This document shows positions 24,871 to 39,529 of a stretch of DNA of 64,000 bases, piece after piece. The notes below the pieces were generated by a model that was not told where the DNA came from, ran no database searches, and saw only the letters and a list, made by a program, of their open reading frames with translations. The translations under genes were made by a program, and so were the position numbers. How positions within the stretch are numbered: position 1 is the first letter of the stretch; each line of letters begins with the position of its first letter. The DNA lies in assembly GCF_006345805.1 (NCBI RefSeq), contig NC_043004.1:51212001-51276000 (forward strand), in the 5' to 3' direction. This DNA comes from Octopus sinensis (Eukaryota).

Positions 24871-26830
24871 GACTACATTGCCCAATGAGTTCTTCTCATC
24901 TCAAAATAGTAGGTTGTGATTTGAGGAAGATTTGGCTGCTCTGCATAGCAGTTTCAATGCCTGCACAGAGGTTCTTTTGACTTTTGAGATTGATAGGAGA
25001 GAAAGAAAGAGAGGGGGGAGGCAGACAGAAAGACAGTAAGAGTGAGGTGGAGAGGATGTATCATCACACCAGAAATTTGGCCTAAAAGCATGCAAAAGAA
25101 ATGGCTCAGCTAAAGGCACCAAAGACAGCAACTGGTAGTGTTAATCATCATCATAATCATCATTTAACATCCGCTTTCCATGCTGGCATGGGTTGGACGG
25201 TTCAACTGGGGTCTGGGAAGCCAGAAGGCTGCACCAGGCCCAGTCTGATCTGGCAGTGTTTCTACAGCTGGATGCCCTTCCTAACGCCAACCACTCCAAG
25301 AGTGTAGTGGGTGCTTTTTACGTGCCACCGGCACAGGTGCCAGACGGGGCTGGTAGACAGCCAAAATCCAGGAGACAATTAAGTATATCCCCCACCACGG
25401 TCCCTTGCCCGAGTATACCATAGTGGGATTAGAGCTTAGAACACAAAGAACTGGAAGGGGTGCTGCAGCGCATCTAGTCCGACACCCTTATAATTCTGAT
25501 AACCCACCATCCAAGGTTGGTACTTATTTTGATTTTTTATCAACCCTGAAAGGATGAAAGGCAAAGTTGACCTTGGCAGGACTTGAACTCAGAGCACACA
25601 GAATCAGAACAAATCCCAAAAAGCATTTTATCTGATGCTCTAATGATTCTGCCAGTTCATTAATTCCCTGTTACACACCTCAGCACTGTTTGAGTCTTAT
25701 AGCGTTGTAGCAGCAGTTATGGTGGTTATGTAGCCCCAGGCCAACCCTGAGCAAACAGATCTTTGATTAAACACATTCAGGAATTGACCAGCAAGTTTTT
25801 ATTGATGACATAGTATATCTAGGACTATTTTATCCAATGAGTGCTGATATTCTTGAAGACAGTGGGGTGGGGAGTAACATTTGGTAAAGGAAACTTGGTA
25901 AGTATAGGTGCAGGCATGGCTGGGTGGTAAGAAGTTTATTTCCCAATCACATGATTTCAGGTTCAGTCCTACTGCATGGCACCTTGGGCAAGTGTTTTCT
26001 ACTATAGCCTTGGGTTGACTAAAGCTCTGTGACTGGATTTGGTGGACGGAAACTAAAAGAAGCCTGTCACATATATATGGGGGAGGTGCACATGTGTGTG
26101 TATGTCTTTGTATCTGACAACTGTTGTTGCTATGTTTACGTCCCCATAACTTAGTGGTTTGGCAAAAGGGACCACCAGAATAAGTACCAGGCTCAAAAGA
26201 AAAAGAAAAAATACTGGGGTCAATTCATTTGACTAAAACTTCTTCAAAGCAGTGCTCCAGCATGGCCGCAGTCTAATGACTGAAACAAATAAAAGACAGA
26301 AAGTAAAAGACTTCCTGGATGGCTTTACAGTAGTAGTAGTAGTAGTAGTAGTAGTAGGAGGAGGAGGAGGAGGAAGGGTAGCAGCAGCAGTATTTGTGTT
26401 GAATGGTTTTGTAAAGGAGTTTTGGTGTTAGGATGTGGTTGAATATGTAGCAGCGATGGAGACAGAAAACATTGGAGTTCTTTGCAATAATGAACCTGTA
26501 GTGGACCAGGTGATCTTTTCCAGTTGAGTTGTTTCATTATGCTTGCTGTACTTAAAGTGTGGTTTATGAATAACCTATGATAGTGTGAAATGTGTTGTTC
26601 CTTTGTTTCCTCTCTAAATTATTGTGGCTTGTTTGTGGAAAGATTGGGAGCCATGCATGTGGGGGGGGGGGCATAATCCATGACAAACCCAATGCATTGT
26701 TTGTACACCTTTATTTGGCTTTTTTATGTTTCTGAGTTCACATTTGGGTGAGGTCAACTTTTCTTTCCAACCTTTCAAAGGTGAGAAAATAAAGGAATTG
26801 AAATTAACATGCAAGTGGCTGAGTACTCCA

Positions 26831-27777
26831 CAGACATGCGTACCCCTAATGTACCTCTCGGGGACATTTACTGTGACACAGAATGTGACAAGGCTGGCCC
26901 TTTGAATTTACTGGTAATACTCAATTTTGTGAGCTGAGTGAACTCGAGCAATGTGAAATAAAGTGTCTTGCTCAAGGATATAATTCCTTTCTGTCTGTCT
27001 CCCCCCTCTGTCCATGAGCCCACCCCCTTCTCTCTCTCTCTCTCTGAGCCTCTCCTTCTCTAGAAGAAATTGGCTCTGGTCAAACCTGGAGAGGGATGAG
27101 CTCTGCTAGAAATGTCCAAATTATGCTGTATATCATATGAGCATCCTTATGACTCCATCAGGTGTTGAGGTCCCTAGGTGAGGTGATATTTGAAACAATT
27201 ACAGGTATCATAAGGATGCTCATATGATATACAGCATAATTTGGACATTTCTAGCAGAGCTCATCCCTCTCCAGGTTTGACCAGAGCCAATTTCTTCTAG
27301 AGAAGGAGAGGCTCAGAGAGAGAGAGAGAGAGAGAGAGAAGGGGGTGGGCTCATGGACAGAGGGGGGAGACAGACAGAAAGATAGAGAGAAAGAGAAAAC
27401 ACCACCCCAGTACAAAACTCACACCATGGAAAGCCAAAATGAGTATTGAAAAGTAATCTATCCAACATGCTAACAATTTGACCAATGCACCACCCTACGT
27501 TCCTCTAAGTATGTTTGTATGTTGCATTGATTTCTTTATTTGTCTTCTATGTAGGTGCGTGGCTTAGTGGTTAGATCATTTGGCTCATGATTGAGAAGTC
27601 ATAAGTTCAATTCCTGGCAGCACATTATATCCTTGAGCAAGACACTTTATTTCACATTGCTCGAGTTCACTCAGCTCACAAAATTGAGTATTACCAGTAA
27701 ATTCAAAGGGCCAGCCTTGTCACATTCTGTGTCACGGTAAATGTCCCCGAGAGGTACATTAGGGGTATGCATGTCTG
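26831..27777. repeat. Near-identical fold-back inverted duplication
   Basis: 26987-27152 is the reverse complement of 27208-27381; 26831-26984 is the reverse complement of 27624-27777. Confidence 0.92.
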
Positions 27778-28844
27778 TTCTACTGATCAGCTCAACAGGA
27801 ACCTTCATTGTCATAAGTGACAGAGTACCGGGTACATGTTCGTGGAGTGATCACATTAATTTCACAAGCAGACAACAAAGAGGTCCAGTTGATTGAATCA
27901 ACTGGAACACCTGTTGTCATAATCAATGGACTGCCAGTTTATTTCTGTCTTCTATATGTGTTTTGTGAATATTTTGGTGGTGTTGTGTATAACTCTGAAT
28001 ATAGATGTCTTCTGTATGTGTTAAGAATGTTATAACTCCATGTATTTATATATACTCTATGTATTACTCTTTTACTTGTTTCAGTCATTTGACTGTGACC
28101 ATGCAGGAGCACCGCCTTTAGTCGAGCAAATTGACCCCGGGACTTATTCTTTGTAAGCCCAGTACTTATCCTATCTGTCTCTTTTGCCGAACCGCTAAGT
28201 TACGGAGACGTAAACACACCAGCATTGGCTGTCAAGCGATGTTGGGGGGACAAACACAGACACACAAACACACACACATATGTATACATATATACGACGG
28301 GCTTCTTTCAGTTTCCGTCTACCAAATCCACTCACAAGGCTTTGGTCAGCCCAAGGCTATGGTAGAAGACGCTTGCCCAAGGTGCCACACAGTAGGACTG
28401 AACCCGGAACCATGTGGTTGGTTAGCAAGCTACTTACCACATAGCCACTCCTACGCCTATGGCAAATGTTAAGAAGATATTATGTGTGGTACTCTATTGG
28501 TTACGACGACAAAGGTTCCAGTTGATTCGATCAATGGAACAGTCTGCTTAAGAAATTAATGTGGAAGTGGTTGGGCACTCCACAGGCATATAAACCCTTA
28601 ACATGGTTCTTAGGCAGATTCGGCATAACACAAAGTGTGACAAAGCTGGCTCTTTGAATTACAGGTACTACTCGTTTTTGCCAACTGAGTGGACTGGAGC
28701 AACGTGAAATTAAGTGTCTTGCTCAAGGACACAACATATCATCAGGAATTCAACATTATGTGTAACACCGAGTAATTATGTTTTCTACGTGTATTGTGAA
28801 TATTATTTGCAACCCTGAATAATTAATTTCTTCTTTGTGCAAGG

Positions 28845-29280
28845 TAACGAGCTGGTAGAATTGTTACCTTACACCGAGTAAAATGCTAAATGACATTTTG
28901 TCTGACTTTATGTCCTGAGTTCAAATTCTCCTGAGGTTGACTTTGCCTTTCATCTTTTCTGGGTCAATAAAATAAGTATCAGTTGAACACTGGGGTTGAT
29001 GTAATCAACTTAGCCCCTCACCCAAGATTGCTGGCCATGTGCCAAAATTTGAAAGCAATTTCTTCTGTGTGTAAGGCAGCGAGCTGGCAGAATCGTTAGC
29101 ATGCTGGGAAAAATGCTTAGCAGTGTTTTGTCCATCTGAGTTCAAATTCTGCTCAGGTTGACTGCCTTTCATCTTTTCAGGGTCAATAAGATAAGTACCA
29201 GTTGAGCACTGGGATTAAGGTAATTGACTATCTCCCTCACCTAAAATTGCTAGCCTTGTACCAAAATTTGAAAGCAATTT
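28845..29280 (+). mobile_element. Two tandem SINE family B copies
   Basis: gagctggNagaa head and ccaaaatttgaaagcaatttcttctgtgt tail repeated; similar pair at 30775-31220. Confidence 0.75.
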
Positions 29281-29439
29281 CTTCTGTGTCTGTGTGTTGT
29301 GAATGTTACAGTGGCATTGTGTGCAACTCTGAATATTTCTGTCTTCTGTTTGTAATGCTTGGTTGTCTTTGATGCTTGCAGGTGTTGTTGGTAAGGAGAC
29401 AGGTAGTGGATTTAATGGAGGTGGGGTTATTTCCAGTCT

Positions 29440-29758
29440 GTTCATTATTTACATTTGACAGATATTTGTTCTCATCTTGTTTGTTGTTAACACAGCATTT
29501 CAGCTGACATAACCTCCAGCCTTCATCAAGTGGGGAAATTTCAATCCTGGGTTCTCATTCCTAAGATATTTTCGATGTAATTATTATTATCATTATTATT
29601 ATTATTGTTATTATTATTCAGGTCACAGCCTGGAATCAAACTCGGAATCTCGGGGTTAGTAGCCCATGCTCTTAACCACTACACCATATGCCCGTGGGCA
29701 ATTATGGAGTGAATTTTAGGGCTTATAAATCTAATATTTTCCTGTCCTTCCTTAATAC
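29440..29758 (-). mobile_element. tRNA-headed, HHR-containing element (left copy)
   Basis: A-box TGGTGTAGTGG, B-box GAGTTTGATTCC, (AAT)n, then TTGATGA-A-GGCTG..CAGCT-GAAA-TG-CT-GTGTT. Confidence 0.7.
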
Positions 29759-29823
29759 GTATGCTAGGATACAACAACCTCCTAAGTAGACCGAGTGCAT
29801 ATATGAATAGCATATGGGAACCA

Positions 29824-29951
29824 GTATTAAAGAAGGATAGGAAAATATTAGATTTACAAGTCCTAAAATTGCCCATGGGCATAAGGCATAGTGGTTAAGA
29901 AGCGCAGGCTAGTAACCCCAAGATTCTGAGTTTGATTCCAGGCTATGACCA

Positions 29952-29988
<37 letters not shown>

Positions 29989-30175
29989 TATTATTATTAT
30001 TATTATTACATCGAAAAATACCTTAGGAATGAGAAATCAGGTTCGAAATTTCCCCAAGACACCTAATGAAGGCTGGAGGGTATATCAGCTGAAACATTGT
30101 GTTAACAACAAACAAGATGAGGACAAATATCCGTCAAATGTAAATAATTCCTCATCCCTTAAATATAGAACTGTA
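29824..30175 (+). mobile_element. tRNA-headed, HHR-containing element (right copy)
   Basis: Inverted homolog of 29440-29758; GACAC-CTAATGA-A-GGCTG-loop-CAGCT-GAAA-CA-TT-GTGTT at 30058-30103. Confidence 0.7.
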
Positions 30176-32704
30176 TTTTCCAGTCTGTTGTTGCAAAGAA
30201 ACAACTAGACTAGACAGTTGATAAAGGGGTGGAGAAATTCTGCAGTTGTATCTAAGGAATGATCTGTCTAATATCATGTCACCATCACAACAATCACTAT
30301 CAATCGTAATCATCATCGGCATCATCATCATCACAATAACCACATCATTATCACAACCACTGCCATCACAAACATCATTACAATCACCCATCACTATCAC
30401 ATCCACTACTTCTACTCCCACCCCACCCCCATCACCTCCAACATCACAGTGATGCAGGAAGAGACCTGAGTATAACAAAAAAAAAAAGTGGAGGAAGCCA
30501 CGAAAAACTACTGCTTGTTTTTGAATGGAAATACTGATGGTGGTGGTGGTGGTGTTGAATGAATTTGAACCAGCAATGTTTTGGATGGAGCATGCTTTAC
30601 TACTGACAGCACTGGAAGTCGAAAACTATGCAAAAAAATGAGTACAATGGAGTATTCAAAGCAAAAATATATTCTTGCTGGAAGAGCTCCTCCACTCACC
30701 ATTGCAAATTGCTGTTTTGCTTATAAAAATTTGCATACTCCTACATGTATCAATTCTCATTATTAAGAGGCCCTAAGGCTGTGAGCTGGCAGAATTGTTA
30801 ACACGCCAAGCAAAATGCTTAGCAGCATTCTGTCCATCCTTACGTTCTGGGTTCAAATTCCGCCAAGGTTGACTTTGACTTTCATCCTTTCAGGGTTGAT
30901 AAATTAAGTACCAGTGGTATACTTGGGTCAATGTAATCAACTTAACCCCTCTCCTAAAATTTCAGGCCTTGTGCCTACAGCAAAAAGGATTATTAAGAAG
31001 CCCTTAAGCAGTGAGCTGGCAGAACCGTTAATATGCCAGGCAAAAATGCTTAGCGGCATTTTGTGTCTTTACATTGTGAGTTCAAAATCTGCGAAGGTCA
31101 ACTTGGGCTTTCACCCTTTCGGGGTCAATAAAATAAGAACCTGTCGAGTAGCGGTGTTGATGTAATCAACTTACCCCTGCCCCAAAAATTGCTGGTCTTG
31201 TTCCAAAATTTGAAAACATTTTAAAGAGGCCCTCATTTTTCAGCTAGATACAACAGGGAGAATTTGGAGAACACGGAATGGAGTGGTAAATACTAATCCC
31301 AAGAAGCTGTGTTAAATGAAGATGACTAATGATCAAAATTATTAATAACACGCAGTGCAAGAGAAGACCAACATACTATGCTAGAATGGCATGATGAGTG
31401 TTAAAATGATGGCAGTGATGGAAGGGTGGGATACATACCCACACCTCTTTCTGTTTATCCTTTACTTGTTTCAATCATTAGTCTGTGGCTATGCTGGGGC
31501 ACAGCCTTGAAGAATTTTTTATGAAATAAATTGACCTCAGTACTTATATTTTTTAAAGCCTGGTACTTACTCTATTGGTTTCTTTTGCCGAACCGCTAAA
31601 TCATAGGGATGTTAAACACACCACCACCAGTCATCATGCAGTGGTGGCGGTACAAACACAGACACAAAGTCGCACATAGATAGATATCTATGATAGGCTT
31701 CTTTCAGTTTCCATCCACCAAATCCACTCACAAGGCTCAGGTCAGCCTGAGGCTATAGTAGAAGACACTCACCCAAGATACCATGCAGTGGGACCATACA
31801 CAGAACCATGTGATTGGGAAGTAAAAAAATTACCACACAGCCACCCCTATGCTTCCATCTACCAAATCCATTCACAAAGTTTTAGTAGGCCCAAGGCTAT
31901 TATAGGAGACACTTGACCAAGGTATCATACAGAAGGAGTGAACCCAAAACCATATGATTGGAAAGCAAACTTCTTACCACACAGCCACCTCTGCACCAGT
32001 TCATCATTTTTTCTTACTTTTTACTCTATTTACAATTTATCATTTTTTATTGTGTGATTAAGAAGCTTACATCACACCCACTAGATTCCCGGTTCAGTCC
32101 CACTGCATGGAACCTTGGGCAGGTATCTTCGACTGTAACCCTGGGCCAAACAAAGCTTTGTGAGTAAATTTGGTGTACAGAAAGTGAAAGAAAACCATTG
32201 TGTGTGTATGTGTGTGTGTATGCATGTTTATGTACATACATGTGTGTGTTTGTGTGTACATTTATGTCTTCTTGTCTTGACATGTCATGTTAAATACAAA
32301 CAAATTTGAGCATCATACAGGTGGAGTCCCTTGTTTGCAATCTTGCATGAAAACATGTCCAGTCACAGGGAACAAACAGTTAGGTTACTTGGCAACAGGA
32401 AGGACATCAGGCCAAGGAAATCCTGCTTCAATAAAATTCCATTCAACCTATGCAATCATGGAAAAATGAACGTTCCTGGTTCTCCTGAAATTTTGGGGGT
32501 GGGAGCAAAACGATTACATTGACCCCAGTGTTGTCATCATCATCATCATCATTTGGGCTTATTGCCTAAAATATCATTAAGCTTCCATTTGCTACCGCTC
32601 ACGTATGATACCCCTTACCTCTTTCCTAATTCACTTTCCCTCACTCACCCTGGCCCCTCTCACCTTTTCTTTTACCCACAGTACAATTACTTCACTTCTT
32701 ACAT

Positions 32705-32905
32705 CAGTGGTTTTCAACCAGGGTTCCGCCAGTACAGTCCTGGGGTTCCGCAAGAAGTTACAAAACTGCTAAAATCGGCAGTAATTTTTAAGTCTCCTGT
32801 GCAGATATGTGTGCATAAGACTATTAAATTATTGCACAGGGGTTCCCCGAGCCAGTGGAATGTTTCATTGGGGTTCCGCTCCAGCAAAAGGTTTGAAAAG
32901 CACTG
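32705..32905. mobile_element. hAT MITE, same family as 22537-22755
   Basis: CAGTG...CACTG termini; 8-bp TSD TCTTACAT. Confidence 0.88.
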
Positions 32906-33803
32906 TCTTACATCACACTCCCACACCTTCTTAACATCAACCTAGTGGTTGATGTTAAGAGGGGCATACAGCTGTAGCAACCATGCCAAAACAGATAAAT
33001 GGAGCCTGATGCAGCCCTCAGGCTCGCCAGCTCCAACCAAAATCCATCCAACCCATGCCCACAAGGAAAACAGACATATGATGATGATGATGATGATGAA
33101 GATGACGACGACGACAATGGTATATATGGTTAGTGTTAGCTGTCAGAAGTGTACTCAATACCATAGTGGAGATTAATAATAATATTACTGTTAATATCCT
33201 AGAAACAGCTATAAATGCTCTAATATCTATACAGCCCTGTTTTTTTATCTTATTACACAAAAAATTATTTTATATATATATATAGGTACAGGAGTGGCTG
33301 TGTGGTAAGTAGCTTGTTTACCAACCACATGGTTCCAGGTTCAGTCCTACTGCGTGGCATCTTGGGCAAGTGTCTTCTACTATAGCCTCGGGCCGACCGA
33401 AGCCTTGTGAGTAGATTTGGTAGACGGAAACTAAAAGAAGCCCGTCGTATATATGTATGTATATATATATGTATGTGTGTGTATGTTTTTGTGTCTGTGA
33501 TTGTCCGACCAACATCGCTTGACAACCGATGCTGGTGTGTTTACGTCCCCGTCACTTAGCGGTTCGGCAAAAGAGACCGATAGAATAAGTACTGGACTTA
33601 CAAAGAATAGTCCCGGGGTCGATTTGCTCGACTAAAGGCGGTGCTCCAGCATGGCCGCAGTCAAATGACTGAAACAAGTAAAAGAGTAAAGAGAGAGAGA
33701 GAGAGAGAGAGAGAGTTCAAATTTACAGAGGACAAAAGTCGAAGACGGGTGAGGGAACAACAAGCGGGAGTATTAGTTTGATGGTCGGGAAGAATAGAAA
33801 AGT

Positions 33804-33839
33804 CTTTAACGTTTCGAGTCTACACCCTTCGACAGAAAG
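33804..33839 (-). ncRNA. Minimal HHR-like motif
   Basis: CTTT-CTGTCGA-A-GGG-TGTAGA-CTC-GAAA-CG-TT-AAAG; core has T at A6. Confidence 0.4.
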
Positions 33840-33905
33840 GGTAAAGAGGAAAAAATGGACAGAACGAAAGTAGAGAGGAAAAAAGGTGTAGGGACTAAAG
33901 GTTCA

Positions 33906-33940
<35 letters not shown>

Positions 33941-34008
33941 GGATGATGATGATGATGATATATATATATATATATGTATGTATATGTATATATATATGTG
34001 TGTGTGTG

Positions 34009-34050
<42 letters not shown>

Positions 34051-34280
34051 AGGATGATGATGATGATGATATATATATATATATGTATGTATATGTATAT
34101 ATATATGTGTGTGTGTGTATTTATTTATATATATATATATATAATTATAGGAAGTTTGTTTCCCAACCACATGGTTCCGGGTTCAGTCCCACTGCGTGGC
34201 ACCTTGGGCAAGTGTCTTCTACTATAGCCTTGAACCAACCAAAGCCGTCTAAGTGGGTATGGTAGACGGTAACTGAAATA

Positions 34281-34513
34281 AGGCGGCGAGCTGGCAGAAA
34301 CGCGAGCGCGTCGGGCGAAATGCTTAGCGGTATTTCGTCTGCCGCTACGTTCTGAGTTCGAATTCCGCCGAGGTCGACTTTACCTTTCATCCTTTCGGGG
34401 TCGATAAATAAAGTACCAGTTACGCACTGGGGTCGATTTTAATCGACTTAATACCTATGTCTGTCCTTGTTTGTCCCTTCTATGTTTAGCCCCTTGTGGG
34501 TAATAAAGAAATA
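34281..34513 (+). mobile_element. SINE family B, young, nested in a family A SINE
   Basis: CpG-rich copy with GAGTTCGAATTCC B-box; flanking direct repeat GGTAACTGAAA. Confidence 0.88.
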
Positions 34514-35199
34514 GGTAACTGAAAGAAGCCCGTTCTATGTTTATATGTGTGTGTGTGTGTGTGTGTGTGCGTGCACGCGTCTGTTTCTTTGTGTTTGGGT
34601 TTGCCCCCTACCACCGCTTGACAACCGGTGTTTGTGTATTTATGTCCCGGTAACTTAGCACCTTGACAGAAAAGTACCAGGCTTTAAAAAAAAAGGTCTT
34701 GTGGTCGATTCGTTCAAGTAAAAACCTTTCAAGGCGGTGCTCCAGCATGGTCACAGTCTAATGACTAAAACAAGTAAAAGAACAAAAGAATACACACACA
34801 CACACACATATATATAAGGATGGATGGATTGAAAACAGCTTCATAAAAGTTACAATTCAATTCTGTAATAAGCTATTATTGGGTATTGTTGAGGAAGACG
34901 ATCAGATCTATCGTATTTAAGGCATGGCTTAAAAGAAAGAAGAATGGCTTTAAAAAAGAAGAGAGAAACTTTCCATTATCATTATCGTGGCTGTCGTTTA
35001 TTTTGTCCGTTTTGTTTGAGCAACGAAATCAGTAAGAGTAAAAAAAATAAAATTTCCCGTCTGTTGACTTTGTATTATTAAAGAGGTTGTTACAGTGGTG
35101 GTCCATTTTAGTAGGTGAATCTAAAGATAAAAATAGTGATGTGTGTGTGTGTAGGTGTGTGTGAGTATGGCTGGAGATAAAAGACAGACACAAACACAC

Positions 35200-36015
<816 letters not shown>

Positions 36016-36439
36016 GAGCACAAATATTTTCATAACACGAAGTCCTAAGAACATCAACACGAGTCAACGAAGGAACCTTTACACTTCGACCTACTAGAAA
36101 TGAATACCAAAGTTCTCTCAAATCACACTCTACCGTCTTTAAAGAAAAAAAAGGAAGGACATATTGCATAATGTAGTCTTAGATACACCATTGTTGAAAG
36201 CTATTTGGAATGGTCGTTGCTGGAAAGCCTCTGGTCATAAGTCCGCTCCATGAAGCTGATTAGGGCTGAATAACATCAACACCACCAACAATATTAATAA
36301 CACTAAATAACAAATGATCAATATAAACTTATAAACTTACTCTACTTTACTTTTAAGGCTAACTTTAATATAAAGTTTATATTTTAGTATTGGTATAAAG
36401 TTAAAGAGAGAGGAAGACAGGTTGAGATGGAAATTAAAC

Positions 36440-36504
<65 letters not shown>

Positions 36505-36559
36505 CATACATACATACATAGATAGATAGATACATAGACAGATAGATAGATACATAGAC

Positions 36560-36626
<67 letters not shown>

Positions 36627-37754
36627 AATACGGATAGATCTATAGACAAAATACAGACAGAAATTAGATCGCTTAAAGAGATAAAAACACAGAGACAAAT
36701 AAAAATAGGGAAATGGAGAAATGATTAGGAAGATGGATTGGTATATTAAGATGGGTTAGATAAACCTCACTACCACAACATATCTGAAAAATAATAACTT
36801 TGATAACAGTATTTTAATCACGGAAACGAAAGAGTAAATAAAAAGAAGAGAAAATGGCAATCAAAGTAAATGAAGTTATATTTTAACTGTGTAAACTAGA
36901 TAAGACAACAGAAAAAAGATAGGTCAGACGTGGAATATTAAGGTTTCTAGTGTTTTAGATACAGATTCAGAAGAAAAAAATTATTATTGATTAATAAAAA
37001 GAGTCAATATAAAAGACAATCAAATGGTTTGATGTATTTTAACACAAAGCGAATGACGAAAGTGTAGAGGGAGAAATATTGAAAGGCTTTCTTGTATTTT
37101 AATCAAACAAACAAAACGAAAATAACACATCAAGAAAATAGAGTTGATATATAAAGGTTTTGTGTTAAATAGCCGCAAAGTAATTCGAAGCATAAAGGAA
37201 GAAAAAGCGATATGAAACAATAAACAAGGAAGTTAATAATACTGTAGTTTAAATGTAGAAGCGAAACAAAAGTAATTTGCAAAGGTCATAAACTGTTGTG
37301 GAAAAGGTTCCGACGGATCGAGGAAACCTTCCGTCAGTCTTTGACTGGTATTATCGACTTTATTATTATAGATCTGTTCACCAGATCGATATAAAACGAA
37401 GTTGTCCACTGTGAGATTTGAACTCGGGTCGTGGAAGAGGAATATAACTAATCGCCTCCAGATATTTAAAGGCGGTCGGTGCCCGTGATTACCAAATACT
37501 GGTTCAATAGTGAAGGCACAGGTTAAATCGAACACACATATATATATATATATATTTTATGGGTATTTACTGTTAGTTTTTCTTTTCTTTACTTTTCTTT
37601 GCTTTCTTTTTTCTCGGTCTCTCTAGATGTGGAAGGGATCGTTTGAAAGATGATCTCGCCTGGGGACGACGACCAAACATAACCCATTTAGTCAACTACA
37701 CCTCCGCCTTTTTACTTTATTCCTTTTTTTTTTACACATGGTCATCCTTCTCTC

Positions 37755-37789
<35 letters not shown>

Positions 37790-37934
37790 CATAACAAAAC
37801 ATCTTAAACCATTCAATCGACTTTCTGAAGAGGAAAAAAAAACTTATCACAAAGAGACACAAAAATTCAGATACACATAAGTCTATATAAACGTACATAA
37901 ATATACACCCCCCATGCACACACACTCACATATA

Positions 37935-38006
<72 letters not shown>

Positions 38007-38097
38007 GCGCACGCACACAAACATACATACACAAGCAGAGATGGACGGACGACACATGGAGACAAGAACAACAGAACAGAACAAATCGTTGGCCAAC

Positions 38098-38357
38098 CTG
38101 TCTGTATTGATCTTGTTATTGTTATTCTTGGTGATGGTAGTAGTGGTGGTGTTGGTGGTGGTTGTGGTGGTATTATCAACAGTAGATCGCGTCTGGGTGT
38201 CGCCATGGTCGGCCGCGGACGAAGCCGCTGCGACGGTCGGTGACAGAGATCGAACGTGTCTGAGGTACTGTCGCCAATTGTGAGGTCCCTGGTAATCCGT
38301 GTGGATCAGCAAATGCCGATTATCGCGCATCTTTCGCACGTCGTCTTGGCTCAGCAT
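38098..38357 (-). CDS. Candidate first coding exon of an unidentified host gene (MLSQDDVRKMRDNRHLLIHTDYQGPHNWRQYLRHVRSLSP...KINTD)
   Basis: Unique CpG-rich sequence; aaaactATG start context; non-repetitive N-terminus then Thr/Asn run; possible donor CAG|GTTGGC (phase 2). Confidence 0.45.
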
Positions 38358-39330
38358 AGTTTTGTTTTGTTATTTTGTTTGTTCTCCTTTATTACAAATA
38401 TAATAATATTTATATATACATATACATATACATACACATATATTTATTTATATATATATATATGATATTTTTGTGTTTGTTGTTTCGCCGCCAGCCGACG
38501 AAAACAACCGCCGGCAGTTGTTTCGTCTCTCGACCTGGGGCAGCCCTACCAACACCACCCGACGAAAACTCGAACTGCTACTGCTGCCTTAACACTGATA
38601 CTACTTCTACTGCTGCTGCTGCTGCTACCACTATTCTAACTGCTGCTCATCCAGCTTCCCCTCCACCATTTCCGCGATTGCCCTGCCTACCCATCCACCC
38701 GACCTCACCCCTGTTGATCCTCCATCTCCTGCACAGATCCCCCCTCCTGCTGCCTCCGCCTCCACCACTGCTTATACACTGCACTGCTGCTATAATCACT
38801 ACTCCTACTCTCTCTTTATTTAATCCTATTTCTCTTTACTTTACTGCCTCCTACTTCTACCTACAGCGACTACTACTGCTACTCTCCTCCACTGCTTACT
38901 CTTTCATTCTTCTTTACCTTCTTCCAAATGCTCATTTTTTTTTCGAGGCTACTGCCACTGCTACTGCTACTGCTACCGCCACTACAACTACTACTGCACG
39001 CTGACTGCTACTACTTCTGCTGCTGCTGCTGCTGCTGCTGCCGCCGCCGCCGCTGCTGCTCTACTCATCTTCGCACTCCTTTTCTTTCTCTGCTGCCACC
39101 TTTACTACTGCTGCCATTGCTGCACTCTCCCTCCTCCTACTTCTACTACTGACACTACTTTATCTGCTGCTGCTAATGATGATGCTGATGTCAGTGCTGC
39201 TACCGTTCCTACTACTGCTTCACAAGCTGCTCCTACGACTGCTTTTGCTGTTGTTACTGCACCCCCTGTTTTTACTACTTCTACGACAGCTATTTCCCCT
39301 GCTACTGCTCCTGACACCGTTATTACAACT
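38358..39330 (-). promoter_or_regulatory. Putative 5' UTR/promoter island of the candidate gene
   Basis: TE-free, CpG-retaining, (GCA)n/(GCG)n-rich on the minus strand, directly upstream of the ATG. Confidence 0.3.
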
Positions 39331-39529
39331 GCTATTTACAACTGTTTAACTTTTGGGTTCAATTCCTGCTTGAGTCATCAATTAGAATTTGATTATAAAA
39401 CAAGTGCTTGTAGTATATTGGGTTGATAAAATGAAATGAACTCTTCGTTTCTGAAATGTAAGTAACTTTGAGCCAATGTTAAAAAATATTATGTCCCTTC
39501 TGTGATTCTTTTACGGAAAATAATCCTTT

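Noticed and set aside
33935-34145. ~110-bp tandem duplication of mixed microsatellite
   Set aside because: Slippage or assembly duplication of low-complexity sequence
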